Part shown: positions 1 to 20,081 of the stretch, piece after piece | How positions within the stretch are numbered: position 1 is the first letter of the stretch | Layout: every line of letters begins with the position of its first letter | NCBI RefSeq assembly: GCF_009914755.1 | Contig: NC_060926.1 | DNA from: the human T2T-CHM13v2.0 reference genome, Homo sapiens | Reading direction: 5' to 3' (one strand) | DNA length: 64,000 bases | The notes under the pieces: model-generated | The model's database searches: none | What the model was told of the DNA's origin: nothing | What the model saw: the letters and a program-made list of their open reading frames with translations, nothing else | Position numbers and translations under genes: made by a program

Positions 1-879
1 TGGTTCTTGTAGAGAATTGAGTTTGTATTTTTTATACTATATTTTCTGCTGTGAGTGTCTTCCTTTTTTTCCTTCAGTTTCTCTCTCCTTCCGTTCTGTG
101 TGGAATCTCTTCTGCTTGTCACTGCTGTTCTGTTTGCACACCACCACCCTTTTCCAAGACCCAGTGTGTACCGACTTTCTCCTCTGAGCAAGTGCATTTC
201 ATTTGTACCTGGAGTACACATTGCATTTTCTCACAGCCAGGCCCTTCTTGGATTTCCCTTATCTGGAGCTGAGGTTTCTCTCTCAGGGTTTATGTCTGCG
301 AGAACCGTTTCACACTGACAGGGTGTTGTTGCCACTGTGAGATTTCCTTTCACAGAAACTAGAAGGCTAATTTACCTAGCAAGCGTGTCTTTAACATACA
401 GGTATTTATTTATCTGGCTCAAACAATTAGAACTAGAATATTGGAAACAAGGTTGTTCTTAGGAAGATTTTACTCAAAGCCACCAGAGCACACATGTGAA
501 GTGCTTATCATTGAACGTAGTTGTTGCTAGCTTTTTCATTTTAAAATTGTTTTATCTTTGTATTAGGGCACAGGATGGTAGAGATAGTATGGTTGGGTGT
601 TTCTAGTGAAAATTATGGTAATTTGCTAGGATTTACAACTAGGAAGGGAATTATTTAGAATTTTAGTTAGTGAAATGATAATATAGTAATAGCATCAGAA
701 TTTTGGAATGTGCCTCATGATTTCACTATGCTCTTTTAATTTTTACATAGTTCCTTCTGGTAGTTGTCTACAAGTGTATGTATTTTGTGTAGATATTCTT
801 ACTATGTGTTTTTGTTCTTGTATTCTGTTTCTCATTTAACATAACTAGTAATAACAACCATTTATTGAGTGAACATATA

Positions 880-3600
880 TTTTAAAAGTCCTAACAAAAT
901 TTTAGCAAGTCAAATCCAATAATATATAAAAAGTATAATACATTATGATTGGGGTTACCTTGGGAATGCAAGATTGGTTTAACGTTAAAAAATTAATGAA
1001 CGTATTTTACCATGTTAACAGACTAAAAAGGAAAAAAATATGAACATCTCAATAAATGCAGAAAAAGCATTTGATAAAAATTCAGCAAATTAGAAATAGA
1101 GATAAGAATTCTCAGCAAATTAGAAAAAAGAGGGCTTCCTTAACCTGATAAATGGAGCATATTTATGAAAAACCTACGGTTTAACATTATACTTAATGAC
1201 GAAAGACTAAATGCATTCCCTCCATAAACACAGACAAGGGAAGTATATCTCTTCTTACCACTTTTCTTCCACATTATACTGGAGGTTCTAATCTGTATGA
1301 TGAAGTAAAAAAAAAAGAAATAAAAGGCATCCAGATTGGCAAGGAAGAAGTAACTTTTTATTTGCAGATGACATTGATTATCTACGGATAGATTCTACAA
1401 AAAAGCTACTAGAAGTAATATGTGAGTTGAACAAGGTAGGATAGAAGATCAATATGTAGACATGAATTGTATTTTTGTATATTGGCAATGAACATTTGGA
1501 ACTTGAAATAAAAATTAATGCCATGTATAAAAACATCGAGCACTATGAAGTACTTAGAGATAAATCTAAAAAAAGATGTTTAAGACTTGTACACTGAAAA
1601 TTATAAAGTGTTCCCGAGAGAAATTAAGATAACCTAAGCAAATGGAGAGAGATACTGTGTTTATGCAGCAGAAGACTAAATACTAAGATGTTACCTTCCC
1701 CCAAGTGTTCTGTGTGTACTATGCAATCCCAGTCAAAATCCTAGCAGGAATTTTTTGGTACTAGTTGACAAGCTGATTCTAAAATTCATATAGAAATACA
1801 GAGGACCTAGAACAGCCAAAACAACTTTGAAAAAGAAGAAAAAAGTTGTAAGACTTACACTACTTATCTTCAAGTCTTATTATAAAACTATAGTAATCAC
1901 AATAGGGTGGTATGGGTTTCAAGACAGACAAGTAGATTGATGGAACAGAATAGAAAGTCTGGAATAGATTCATTCACATATGTGATAAACAAAATGTATA
2001 TGTATACAATGAAATATTATAATTCAATCATAAAAAGGAATGAAATACTGATACGTGCTACAACATGGATGAACCTTTAAAACATTAGGCTAATTGAAAA
2101 AAGCCAGTCACAAAAGATCACTATAGAGTGGTCTCTATAGAAATAGAAGATAGGTTAGTTGGTTGCTTAGGGCTAGGCTGGAAGGACTGGGGGACAGGGT
2201 TTCTTTTGGGATGATGAATATGTTCTAAAATTGACTATGGTGATGGTTACATGTATCTTTGAATATACCAAAAATCATTGAATTGTACAATTTTTTGTAT
2301 GGTATATGACTTATCTCACTGTAACTATTAAAAAGAAAACACGGTTGGGCATGGTAGCTCACATCTGTAATCCCAGCACTTTGGGATGCTGAGGCTGGAG
2401 GATCGTTTGAGGCCAAGAGTTTGAGAACAGCCTGGGCAGCAAAGGCCCTGTCTCTACAAAAAAAAAAAAAAAAAAATTAGCTGGGTTAGGTGGTGCATGC
2501 CTAATTACTAGTAGGCATAGTCTCGGGAGGCTGAGATGGGAGGATTGTTTGTGCCCAGAAGTTGGAGGCTGCAGTGAGCTATGATGCCCCCAAAACAGAA
2601 AATTTAGTAGCAGTATTTTTTGAAAAGTATGAAAGAACAAGCCATGTGTTGAGAAAAAAATATTTGTAATTCATTTATAAAGGATTTAATTCCAGAATAT
2701 ATAGAGTTATCAAAGCTCAATATTAAGGAAACATAAAACCTAATTCAAAAGTGAGGAAAGTACCTGTACAGAGAGTTTACTAACAGATACACAGATGATG
2801 GATGAACACATCAAAAGATAATAAACATAATTAATCATTACAGAAGTGTGGATAAAATCCATAATGAGAGATCACTAACACCTTTTAAAATGGCTAACAT
2901 TAAAAGGACTGACTGTACTAAGTGTTGGCAACTGGAACGCTCACATTATGGTGGGAATGTAAAACCATACACTACTTTGGAAAATAGCTTGACAATTTTT
3001 TTTTAAAGTTAAACATATACTTAACATGTGACCCAGCCATTCTACTCTTAAGCAATTTACTTAAGATAAATGAAAGCATATGTCCATATACATTTTGAAC
3101 ATGAGTTTTTATTATAGCAATGTTATTTTTAATACTCCCAAATTAGAAACAATCCAAACGTCCTTAATAGGTAAATGGATAGATGTGGTATATCCATTAA
3201 ATGGAATAGTACTCATCAATAAAAATGAAATAACCATATGCCCAACAACTTGAATGAATATCAAAATAATTATTTTGAGTTAAAGCTGCCAACCAAAAAA
3301 GAGTGCATTCTGTATGATTCCATTTGTTAAAATCCAGGAACATGCATCTTAATCAATAGTGAAAGAGTGCAGTTCAGTGCTTGTCTGCAGATTGTGTTGA
3401 GCACAGGGAAGTGTGGGAATGAGGGATCATAAGATGCACAAGGAAACTTATGAGAGTGATGGATATTGCATTATCTGGATTGTGGTGATGGTTTTATTGG
3501 TGTATACATGTGTCAAAATTTATAAAACTAAATTTTAAACACATGCAGCTGATTATGTGTTCATTATGCCTCAAAGCTGTTATAAGTATAACAAAATAAA
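880..3600 (+). mobile_element. Old L1M (L1MB-ME class) fragments: degraded ORF2 RT region plus two 3' ends, interrupted by an AluJ
   Basis: L1 ORF2-like sequence (AAATGCAGAAAAAGCATTTGATAAAA; TTTGCAGATGACA) at 880-1980; L1M 3'-UTR motifs at 2000-2335 and 2620-3600. Confidence 0.75.
2343..2588 (+). mobile_element. AluJ, 3'-truncated
   Basis: Alu left arm, A-rich linker and partial right arm; diverged J-type sequence. Confidence 0.85.
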
Positions 3601-3629
3601 ATGAAAAAGTCTTGTGAATGGGAAAAGGT

Positions 3630-4970
3630 CAAAGTCTGTGTAGTGTCCTACAAAGCTCTATATGATCTGGCCCTTGTTGTCTTTCTGACCTTCTCTCCTA
3701 TTGTTCTTTTTCCTTGCTCATTCTTTAGCCAAACTAGCAACTTTGCTGTTCCTTGACTATTCCAGGCCGCTTCCTGCCTTAGGAGAATTTGCTTTAGCTT
3801 TTTTTTTTTGACCTCCCTGCTTTTGATGTTCTTTTCCCCAGATACTTGCTTCATAACGCTCTCAACTCCTTCAGGTCTTTGCTCACATCTTACCTTGAGT
3901 ATCAAGGAAGTCTACCTGTTTATTTTTTCTCTCTCTCCAGCTTTATTAGAGTATAATTGATGAATAAAAATGTTACATGCTTATGGTATACAACATGGTA
4001 TTTTGATATATATATGTGTTGTGAAATGATTAAATTAAGCTGATCAGCATATCGGTCACCTCACATATGTTTTTGTGGTGAGAATTGTCTTAGCAATTTT
4101 ACAGTGCATTATTATTAGCTATAGTTACCATGCTGTAAAATAGAGCTCCAGAATTTATTCATGTTGTCAAAGTGAAACTTTATAACCTTTGACTAACATC
4201 TCCCCATTCCCACCCCTTCCTGTCTTCAGCCTCTGATAACCATCATTCTATTCTCTGCTTCTATGAGTTCAACTTTTTAAGATTCTAAGTATTTAGTGAG
4301 ATCATGTAATATTTGTCCTCTGTGTCTGGTTTATTTCACTTGGCATAAAGTCCTCCAAGTTCATCCATGTTGTCACAATTTACAGGATTTTCTTCTTTTT
4401 AAAGGCCAAATACTATTTCATACACATACCACAGTTTCTTTATCTATTAGTCCATCTTTGGATACTTAGGTTGTTTTTATATTTTGGCTGTTATGAATAA
4501 TGCTGTAGTCAACATGAGAGTTGGAGATCTCCTTAATATACTGACTTCATTTCCTCTGATGTATACCCAGAAGTAGGATTGCTGGATCATTTGATAACTC
4601 TGATTTTAATTTTTTGAGGAACCTCCCTACTATTTTTCATAATGGCTGTACCAATTTACATTCTCACCAACAATGTATAAGGTTTCCCTTTGCTCCACAT
4701 CCTTGCCAAAACTTGTTATCTTTTTTCTTTTTGGTAATTGCCATTCTGTCAGCTGTGGGACATCCTGTCTAGTATCCTCATCCCCTTCACTCCAATCCCC
4801 TTCCTTCCCTATTCTCCCCGCCCCCCATACATAGTACCTTCTAACATAACATATAATTATATATTTTATTGTTTGCCTCTCCCCAATGGAATGTAAGTTC
4901 TATGAGGGCAGAATAGAATAGTACCTGGCTTATAGTAGCCTCTCATTACATCTTTGTTGAATGGATGAAC
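3630..4970 (+). mobile_element. L2a 3' end split by an L1MA insertion
   Basis: L2 motifs CTCCTTCAGGTCTTTGCTCA (~3870) and GAATGTAAGTTCTATGAGGGCAG...TTGTTGAATGGATGAA (4890-4970). Confidence 0.7.
3920..4762 (-). mobile_element. L1MA (MA8/9-like) 3' end
   Basis: Reverse L1MA 3' UTR and ORF2 C-terminus (TTTACATTCTCACCAACAATG). Confidence 0.8.
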
Positions 4971-5171
4971 TCACAGCTTTTGTAGCATGGACTGACTCAT
5001 TTTCTCTTAATCACTCACCATAGTATATACCTTCTGTAACATTCATTATTGAGTTTTCATAATGACTTAGTTTTTATAGTGATGATCCAGTAACACTACA
5101 CCACTTCATCTAGTTGTGGTCTAATTTATTAAACAATTTCTTATCATTTAGTTTATTCCTAAAGAATAGAG

Positions 5172-5300
5172 TCATTCATTCAGCAAGCATTTAGAAGTCT
5201 ACAGTGTTCAAGCTTTGTGTGCCAGCCTCATAAAAATGAAGAAAATATGGACCTTGCCCTCAAGGAACTCTCCAACTATAGTAGAGGTAGATATATCAAC
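5172..5300 (-). mobile_element. L2 fragment
   Basis: CATTCATTCAGCAAGCATTT...CTTGCCCTCAAGGAACTC. Confidence 0.55.
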
Positions 5301-6147
5301 AATTATTATAATGGTATCTGATAAGGGTACATGTTAGAAGGCATTTTAAAGGTACAAAGAGCGTACACCAGAGTGTACACCAGACGGAGTGCCCAACTGT
5401 GAGAGCTGGAGGTTAGGTCCTGATTTAGCAATGGTATAGAAATGGGAGGAGGAAGAACAACTGAGTAAGAGAATGCAGTAATCAAAATGTATGTCAAGGG
5501 ATGATTTGGGACAGATATTAAAATAGATTGGAAGGGGGCTAAAGATTTTCAACGATGGAAAAGATGAAGTAAAAATTTAATTATTAGCTATAATGTTTTC
5601 TAGTAATTCATAATCTAATACAACATTATTATTAGAGGAAGATTCTTGCTTTTAAGGATTTGAAAGAGGTAATACATTTAGATTGCATTTGTCTTAAAGT
5701 TTGTAGTACTCATACTCTTAGGAGAAGGGAGGATTGAGTATTGAGAATTATCTTAAACTATAATCAGTGGAAATTATAAGCCAATAATTGTAGAAGTGAG
5801 CACTTTTTGAGTGCTTATCTTATATCAGGCATTATTCTAAATATTTTACTTGTTAATTGAAAATAATACGATGTAATTTCACCCTCTTTTATATGTATGG
5901 TCAAGTCAATTATCTGTAGGTAGATTATTTGCATTTGGGGTTATCCATGCATTTCAGAAAACATCTTCATGGACTGTGTCCTTCGGTCCTCCCTTGATGT
6001 CTTTCTCTCAGTTGTTTTTACTGCCCCGATCAGCTTTTTAAAACAAATAATCATACCTATTTTTAAAAACTGCTAAATAGATTGTTATTATTAGAGTCTC
6101 CCTTCTCCCCCTACATCATGGGTACCATTGTTAGAAACTGGGCTTTT

Positions 6148-6962
<815 letters not shown>

Positions 6963-7140
6963 TTAAATTTTAGTTTATATTGCCAGAAATTCTGTTTATC
7001 AAGCATTAATTTGAGTAGGCAAATACATGTTTTTCAGATACTTCCGGTTAGGCTAAGAGGTTATAATCATTTTTATAAATTGTTCAAATCAGATTGCCTT
7101 TCAACTTCTTTTTATTTTACTTACTTTTTTACTTACTTAC

Positions 7141-7757
<617 letters not shown>

Positions 7758-8399
7758 TACTTCATATTTTTTGAACTGACAGAGTGGAAACTGTAATTAG
7801 AAGGGAGAAATGTAATTTTGGATATCAGAGAACTATGGTAAATTGGGCAGCCAGTGTAGGGCTAGTGCAGGGTACTATGGTGTGGGGAGCCTTAGAGAAT
7901 CTGAGGGTAGTGAAATTAGGGGAGAGGAGCTTGTGCACAAAAGTGCAATATTGCAAAACACAAATTGTTTCATTAAATTACTAGGGATGGTACTTTAGGC
8001 AGTGGCCATTTTAGGGGAAGTAAAGGCATTTTTTCTTCAATTCTGTCATCTAATGACCTCTCACTTACTTGCTCTGAACTCATTCATTCTTCAGTGGAGT
8101 CTCATTTTCCAAATTTGGGGGACTAGTGGTGGAGTTAAAGATTAGGTTGAATTTGGAAAAGATAAAAGTGAGTCAAGTTTATGGAAAGATGCATATAAAA
8201 TGATAATAAATGACTAGCATACAGATAAAATCAAGGATACAGAGAACAAGGGTGGCATATTAAGGATAAGGATTAGGAAAGCAGAATCGGAGATTTGTAA
8301 GGAAACTGGTTATTTATTTGATCTCACTTCTACTTGATTATCTTTAGTAATGTGGAAATAGCTACTTCAGGTTGTAGTCTTTATTATGTTAGAAAGTTC

Positions 8400-8695
8400 T
8401 TTTTTTTTTTTTTTGAGACAGTCTTGCTCTGTCACCCAGGCTGGAGGGCAGTGGCGCGATTTTGGCTCACTGCGGCCTCTGCCTCCTGGGTTCATGCAAT
8501 TCTCCTGCCTCGGCCTTCTGGGTAGCTGGGATTATAGGCATGCGTCACCATGCCTGGCTAATTTTTTTGTATTTTTAGTAGAGATGGGGTTTTGCCACGT
8601 TGGCCAGCTAGTCTCAAACTCCTGGCCTCAAGTGATCTGCCCGCCACAGCCTCCCAAAGTGCTGGGATTACAGGCATGAGCCCCCGAGCCCGACC
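8400..8695 (-). mobile_element. AluSx-like
   Basis: Reverse Alu; TSD TTATGTTAGAAA(G/T)TTCT. Confidence 0.9.
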
Positions 8696-9505
8696 TTATG
8701 TTAGAAATTTCTAATAATCATCCTTAGGTCTGCTTCCTTATGTTCTCTTCTTATTGCTCCTAGTTCTGCTCTCTGAAATTGCACAGGACAAGTCTGTGTC
8801 CATTTTGGTGTATCAGGCTTAAGATACTTGATGACTGCTTTGATGTCTGTATTTGAAGATCAAATACAGACATCTGTTCTGTCTTCCTATATGCTTCTCT
8901 TTTCCAGGCTAAATTTTCCTGGCCTAATTGTTTCTTGGATATCATTGTTTTCAGACTCTTTTGGAAATCCTTATGGATATTCTCTAATTTGTAACTCCTT
9001 TAAATTATGATTTCAAAACCTCATGTAATGGGTAAGATGTGGTTCTAGTGGTTCAGATTAGAATGGGTCTGTTTAATCAGTGTGATTACAGTGATCCAAG
9101 TTTGCAGTTAGTTTTTTTTTTAATGGCTCTATTCCACATTTTGTTTTCATTAACTACTTTGATCATGTAAACCTATAGGTTAATAAATTTCTCCCCCTTA
9201 CTGTTCCTCTTTCCTCTCTACCACTTTTTTTCATAATTGGTTTTCATTCTAGAATGGAAAAGAAAATGGTGTAGTAACATGAGCCATGGATTTAGGGGCA
9301 GAAATATTTGGGTTCCTCCGTTTATTAGTAAAGTGTCTTTGGACTATTGTCTCGACCTTTTTTAAAAAAAATAGGCTATCATTTTTACTAAGATTGTGGT
9401 GAGATTTCCATGAAATAATCTAGGGGAAAGACTTCATACTGTTCTTCATTCTTGTGCTTTACTTATCCTCAATTTTGAAAAATGTTTTTAAAAATAAATT
9501 TTATT

Positions 9506-9574
9506 GGCTGGGTGCAGGCTCATTGCATTGCAGCCTTTGTGACAAGAGCGAGACCCTTTCTCAAAAAAAAAAAA
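9506..9574 (+). mobile_element. Internally deleted mini-Alu
   Basis: Alu 5' end GGCTGGGTGCAGGCTCA fused to Alu 3' end ...GACAAGAGCGAGACCCTTTCTC-A12. Confidence 0.7.
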
Positions 9575-9632
9575 TTAATAAATTCTGTTGTATATATTTA
9601 AGGTGTACAACATGATGTTATGAGATACATGT

Positions 9633-9941
9633 AATGTTGGCCCTCTATATCTGTGGGTTTTGCATCCATGGATTTAACCAACCACAGATCAAAAATATTT
9701 GGGAAAAAATTTAGTAATACAACAAGATATAATACAGATTAAAAAAATACAGTGTAACAACTATTTACATAGTGTTTACATTTATTAGGTATAAGTAGTC
9801 TTGAGGTTATTTCAAGTATATAGGACAATATGCATAGGTTATATGCAAACCATTTTACATAAGGAAGTTGAGCATTCTCATAATTTGGTATCCTGGGGTG
9901 GGGTCTGGGAACTAATCCCCCACAGATATGAGGAATGACTA
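9633..9941 (-). mobile_element. MER2 (TcMar-Tigger non-autonomous DNA transposon)
   Basis: Degenerate TIRs (GTTGGCCCTCTATATCTGTGG ... CCACAGATATGAGGAATGACT) and MER2 core ATAGGTTATATGCAAA. Confidence 0.8.
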
Positions 9942-11192
9942 TATAGTAAAATAGTTACTATAGTAAGACAAATCAACATATCCATCATCTCACTGTTAAC
10001 CACTGTTTCCCCATGGTAAGAGCAGCTATCATCTATCTACTCTTTGAGCAAAAATCCTGAGTAAAATATACTATTATTATAGTCCTGATGTTGTACATTA
10101 GATCTTTAGACTTTTATATCCTACATATCTGCTACTTTGTATCTTTTGACCAACATCATCCAGTTTCCTACACCAACCCTTGCCTCTGATGACTGTTTTA
10201 TTCTCTCTCTCTGTACATTTGACTTTTAAAACATTCCATATGTGAGGTCATATAATCTTCTTATTTTTGTGTCTGGCTTATTTTACTTAGCATAATGTCT
10301 TCCAGGTTCATCCGTGTTGTGGCAAATGGCAGGATCTCCTTTTTTAAGGCTTACATAATATTCCACTGTGTATATATATGTACACCACAGTTTTTTATTC
10401 ATTTGTTCATGATTAATGGACGACTAGTTTGTTTCTGTATCTTACCTATTGTGAATAATGCTGCAATGAACATGAGAGTGCAGATATCTTTACAAGGTGG
10501 TAATTTAATCTCCTTTGTGTATATAACCAGAAGCAGAATTGCCTGAGTCATGTGGTAATTCCATTTTTAATTTCTTTAGGAACCTCCATAACATTTTCCA
10601 TAATGGCTGCACTAATCCACATTTCCTACCAACAATGTACAAAGGTTCCCTTTTCTCCATACCGTTGCCAACACTTGTTATCTCTTTCCTTTTTAATAAC
10701 AGCTATCCTAATTGGTTTAAGGTGATATCTCATAGTGTTTTGATTTGCATTTCCCTTGTGATTAGTGATATAAAACACCTTTTCATATACCTGTTGCCCA
10801 TTTTTATGTCGTCTTTGGAGAAATGTCTTTTGAGGTCCTTTGCCCATTTTTTAATTGAGTTATATGTTTTCTTGCTATTGAGTTGTATGAGTTCTTTATA
10901 AATTTTGGATATTAATGCCTTATCAGATAGCATGGTTTGCAAATATTTCTTCCCAATCCATAAGTTGCCTTTTCATTGTGTTGGCTGTTTTCTTTGCTGT
11001 GCAGGAGCTTTTTAGTTTGATATATTTGTTTTTGTTTTTATAGCCTGAGCTTTTGGTGTGTTGTGTTAAGAAATCATTGCCAAGGCCACTGTCAAGAAAC
11101 TTTCCCTTGTGTTTTCTTCTAGGAGCTTTATTGTTTCAGGTCTTACATTTGAATTAATTTCTGTGGCGTCAAATAAGGGTCCAATTTCATTC

Positions 11193-11509
<317 letters not shown>

Positions 11510-11649
11510 TGAGTGTGGAAATCCTAAAAAAAGTTTAAAAATATTTAATAGATGCAAAAGAATGTATAAAACTATTAACATATAAAGAATACAGCAAGTA
11601 CTAATGTACTTATCACCTTAATTTATGTTTATTTTTAACCCAGTGTTAG

Positions 11650-12033
<384 letters not shown>

Positions 12034-12180
12034 TGATGAAGAGTTTTTGAATTGTTAGAACAAATCATTGAAAAAAATATTTAACAGGGTAACCTGGGAC
12101 TGAGCACTGAGGCAGACCACAGTTCTTTTCTGTTCATTGGTTGATACTGCGTCATTAATCAACATTTTCTAGGGCAGAGT

Positions 12181-12486
12181 TATTTATTTCTCTAGAGGCA
12201 GGACCTCTCACTGTTGCCCAGACTAGAGAGTAGCGACACAATCCTAGCTCACTTCAGCCTTGAATTCTTGGGCATAAGTGATCCTCCCGCCCTGGCCTCC
12301 TGAGTAGCTAGGACTACAGGTGTGTGTCACCATACTTGGCTAATTATTTATTGATCGATTGATTTTGTTGATATAAGGTATTGCTGTGTTGCCCAGGCTG
12401 GTCTTGAACTGCTGACCTCAAGCATTTCTGCCATCTTGGCCTCTTAAAGTGATGGGCTACAGGTAAAAAGCCATAGCTCCTGGTCT
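12181..12486 (-). mobile_element. AluJ (old)
   Basis: Diverged reverse Alu; TSD GGGCAGAGTT. Confidence 0.85.
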
Positions 12487-14539
12487 GGGGCAGAGTTTGC
12501 ATTGTCAGTTTAACCTTCACCTGAAAGTACCTTTAACCGCTTAACTTTTTAACACTTTCCTCCATAAGAATATTTGAGAGACAGAAGTCAGATATATATT
12601 CTCTTTAGTACTGGCATAATTTATCTACCTATTTTTTTCTTGATGGTTATGCTATAAAAACTCATGTTTGCTAATTTTATAAAAAAGCAGCCATATTTAG
12701 CATAATGATATAACCTAAACTCTTAGATATTTTAGCTAGTGATAAAATATAGACATTCTTTACTTTTAGCCTATTTCAGATTTTAAAAAAGTGGTTTTCA
12801 ATTTTTTTAAATAAATTTACAGTACAACATACCGTGAATTGCTAAATTCTCTACTACTTCTTAGAAATAGCATTTTATTAAATAGATTCAGATTAAAGAT
12901 TGCAAAGTGCATCCAAAGAGTTGCAACCAAAGATTTCCGGGTTTAGAGTTGACAGTAGCTTATCTTTCTGGCATCACATTTGTAAGTCTTTTAGCTGTCG
13001 GTGAGCAGAATATCTGAAAGAGTGTTGGACAAAAGATATTCAATACAGTGTGGATTTAAGCAAAAAATGATCACTCTGTTCACTGTTAAGAGCTAGAGAA
13101 GAATCACTGGTTTAATAGTTAAATTTGCCTTCCCATTTATTTACGTTGGAATGTTTTAGTGAGAATCTTTCTTGTGACTAATACTATGGAACTTTTAGCT
13201 AATCACAGGTATTTTATTTTGAGGAAGTAAAGACAAATCTGATGAGTGGAAAAACCTATTTCTTACACACTTTTGCAGTAATATGGTTCTGGGTCTGTGT
13301 TTCAGATTTTTGGCTTTTGATCATCTTGTCTTTCAGGTAACTTTTGTATTCTTTTTTCTGCCGAGGACAAGTATTCTTAATTTACCTGTTGTTTCCACAT
13401 AGCTACTTCCCACCAGTTCATCATCTATATGCAAATTAAACATAATAAACAATATGCAGTGGCATTCTAGCCAGTCTGCCTCATGCCCACTTCATTTGCA
13501 TTTTCTTTTTATTTTGTTTAGTACTTTAAAATGGCAAAGCCCAGAGTCCACATAACACTTAGACTTAGGTGTATAAGACCTTTGCAAATCTCTTCAGTGC
13601 TGGTAGAGAAGAGAAAGACTGAGAAATGTCTTGAAGGGGAAGAGTGAGGAGATGAAAATATATTTATGAATATTTAGAATTGAAGATACCTTTTAAAGGG
13701 GGTTGATTACTATGTGGCCAAAGTCTTATGGAGATTTCTTATATATCAGACTTCTTTATAGCTCCATATCAGCAGTATTATAGCCTCACAATAAAAAATG
13801 CTCTTATAGCATTCTGAGTGTTAAAGTGCAAGATTACCTAGAGTGGCTGTGGTGGACTGGCTTAGTTGAAAACCATAGTGAATGAGGTACCACCCCACAC
13901 CCATTAGGTTAGCTGTTATTAAAAATGCAAGAGATAATAAGTGTTGGTAAGGGTGTGGAGAAAAGGGAACCTTTGTACACTGTTGGTAGGAATGTAGATT
14001 AGTGCAGCCATTATGTAAAACAGTATGGAGGTTCCTAAAGAAATTAAAAATAGAATTACCACACGACCCAGCAATCCCCCTTATGGTTATATGTGCAAAG
14101 GAGATGAAATCACCACCTTGTAAAGATATTTGCACTCCCACACAATTCACAATTGGAGAGATATGAAACCAACCAAATTGCCCATCAGCCAATGCGTGGG
14201 TAAAGAAAATGTGGCATATACACCATGGAATACTACTCAGCCATAAAAAGAAAAAAAATAATCTATTTTGCAGCAACTTGGGTGGAGCTGGAGGCCATTT
14301 TCTTTTTCTTTTTTATTATTTAAGTTGTAGGGTACATGTGCACATGTGTACCTGTGCAGGTTTGTTACATAGGTATACATGTGCCATGTTGGTTTGCTGC
14401 ACCTATCAACTCATCATTTACATTAGGTATTTATCCTAATGCCATCCCTCCACCAGCCTCCCGCCCCCTGATAGGCCCCGGTGTGTGATGTGTCCTGCCC
14501 TGTGTCCAAGTGTTCTCATTGTTCAGTTCCCACCTGTGA

Positions 14540-18335
<3,796 letters not shown>

Positions 18336-18398
18336 TATGATGTTAGCTGGTTATTTTGCCCGTTAATTCATGCAGTTTCTTCATAGCATTGCTGGTCT

Positions 18399-19420
18399 TT
18401 ATAATTTGGCATGTTTTTGCAGTGGCTGGTACTGGTTGTTCCTTTCCATGCTTAGTGCTTCCTTCAGGAGCTCTTGTAAGGCAGGCCTGGTGGTGACAGA
18501 ATCTCTCAGCATTTGCTTGTCTGGAAAGAATTTTATTTTTCCTTCACTTATGAAGCTTAGTTTGGCTGGATATGAAATTCTGGGTTGAAAATTCTTTTCT
18601 TTAAGAATGTTGAATATTAGCCCCCGTGCTCTACTGGCTTGTAAGGTTTCTGACAAGAGATCCGCTGTTAGTCTGATGGGCTTCCCTTTGTGGGTAGCCC
18701 GACCTTTCTCTTTGACTGCCCTTAACACTTTTTCCTTCATTTCAACCTTGGTGAATCCAACAATTATGTGTCTTTGGGGTTGCTCTTCTCGAGGAGTATC
18801 TTTATGGTGTTCTGTGTACTTCCGAATTTGAATGTTGGCCTGCCTTGCTAGGTTGGGGACATTCTCCTGGATAATATTCTAAAGAGCATTTTCCAACTTG
18901 GTTCCATTGTCCGCATCACTTTCAGGTATACCAATCAAACATAGATTTGGTCTTCTCACATAGTCCCATATTTCTTGGAGGCTCTGTTTGTTTATTTTTA
19001 CTCTTTTTTCTGTAACCTTGTCTTCTCGCTTTATTTCATTAATTTGATCTTCAATCACTGATATCCTTTTTTCCACTTGATTGAATCGGTTATTGAAGCT
19101 TCTGCATGCGTCACAAAGTTCTCGTGCCGTGGTTTTCAGCTCCATCAGGTAATTTAAGGTCTTCTCTACACTGTTTATTCTAGTTAGCCATTCGCCTAAC
19201 CTTTTTTCAAGGTTTTTAGCTTCCTTGCAATGGGTTAGAACATGCTCCTTTAGCTCGGAGAAGTTTGTTATTACTGACTTTCTGAAGCCTACTTCTGTCA
19301 TCTCATCAAAGTCATTCTCCATCCAGCTCTGTTCCGTTCCTGGCAAGAAGCTGCAATTCTTTGGAGAAGAAGAGTCGCTCTGGTTTTTAGAAACCAGCTT
19401 TTCTGCTCTGGTTTCTCCCC
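18399..19420 (-). pseudogene. L1 ORF1p remnant (fragmented)
   Basis: MENDFDEMTEVGFRKS...YVRRPNLCLIGIPE and GKPIRLTADL...PRISYPAKLSF fragments in separate ORFs. Confidence 0.9.
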
Positions 19421-20081
19421 ATCTTTGTGGTTTTATCTACCTTTGGTCTTTAATGTTGATGACTTACAGATGGGGTTTCGGTGTGGATGTCCTTTTTGTT
19501 GATGTTGATGCTATTCCTTTCTGTTTGTTAGTTTTCCTTCTAACACTCAGGTCCCTCAGCTGCAGGTCTGTTGGAGTTTGCTGGAGGTCCACTCCAGACC
19601 CTGTTTGTGTGGGTCTCACCAGTGGAGGCTGCAGAACAGCAGATACTGCAGAACAGCAAATACTACTGCCTGATACTTGCTGGAGGCCATTTTCTGAGTG
19701 AAGTAACTGAAGCATGGAAAACCAAATACCACATGTTCTCACTTATAAGTAGGAGCTAAGCTATGGGTACACAGAGGCATACAGAGAGATATAATGGACT
19801 GTAGAGACTCAGAAAGGGGAGGTTGGGAGAGGGGGCAAAGGGTAAAAAAAACTACATATTGGGTATAACGTATGCTACTTAGGTGATGAGTGCACTGAAA
19901 TCTCAGACTTCACTACTATACAATTCGTCCATGTAACCCCAAACCACCTGTACCCCAAAAGCTACTGGAAAAAAAAAGATATCTGGACTCCCATGTTCAT
20001 TGTAGCATTAGTCACAATAGTCAAGATACAGAAACAACCTAGGTGTCCACTTATGGACAAATCAATAAGGTAACTGTGATA

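Noticed and set aside
51-318. Two overlapping 73-87 aa ORFs at the window start
   Set aside because: They start at GTG codons, are low-complexity F/S/L-rich products of a pyrimidine-rich tract, and show no recognisable domain
13279-13336. Short AG...GT exon-like segment
   Set aside because: Moderate splice sites only and no independent support
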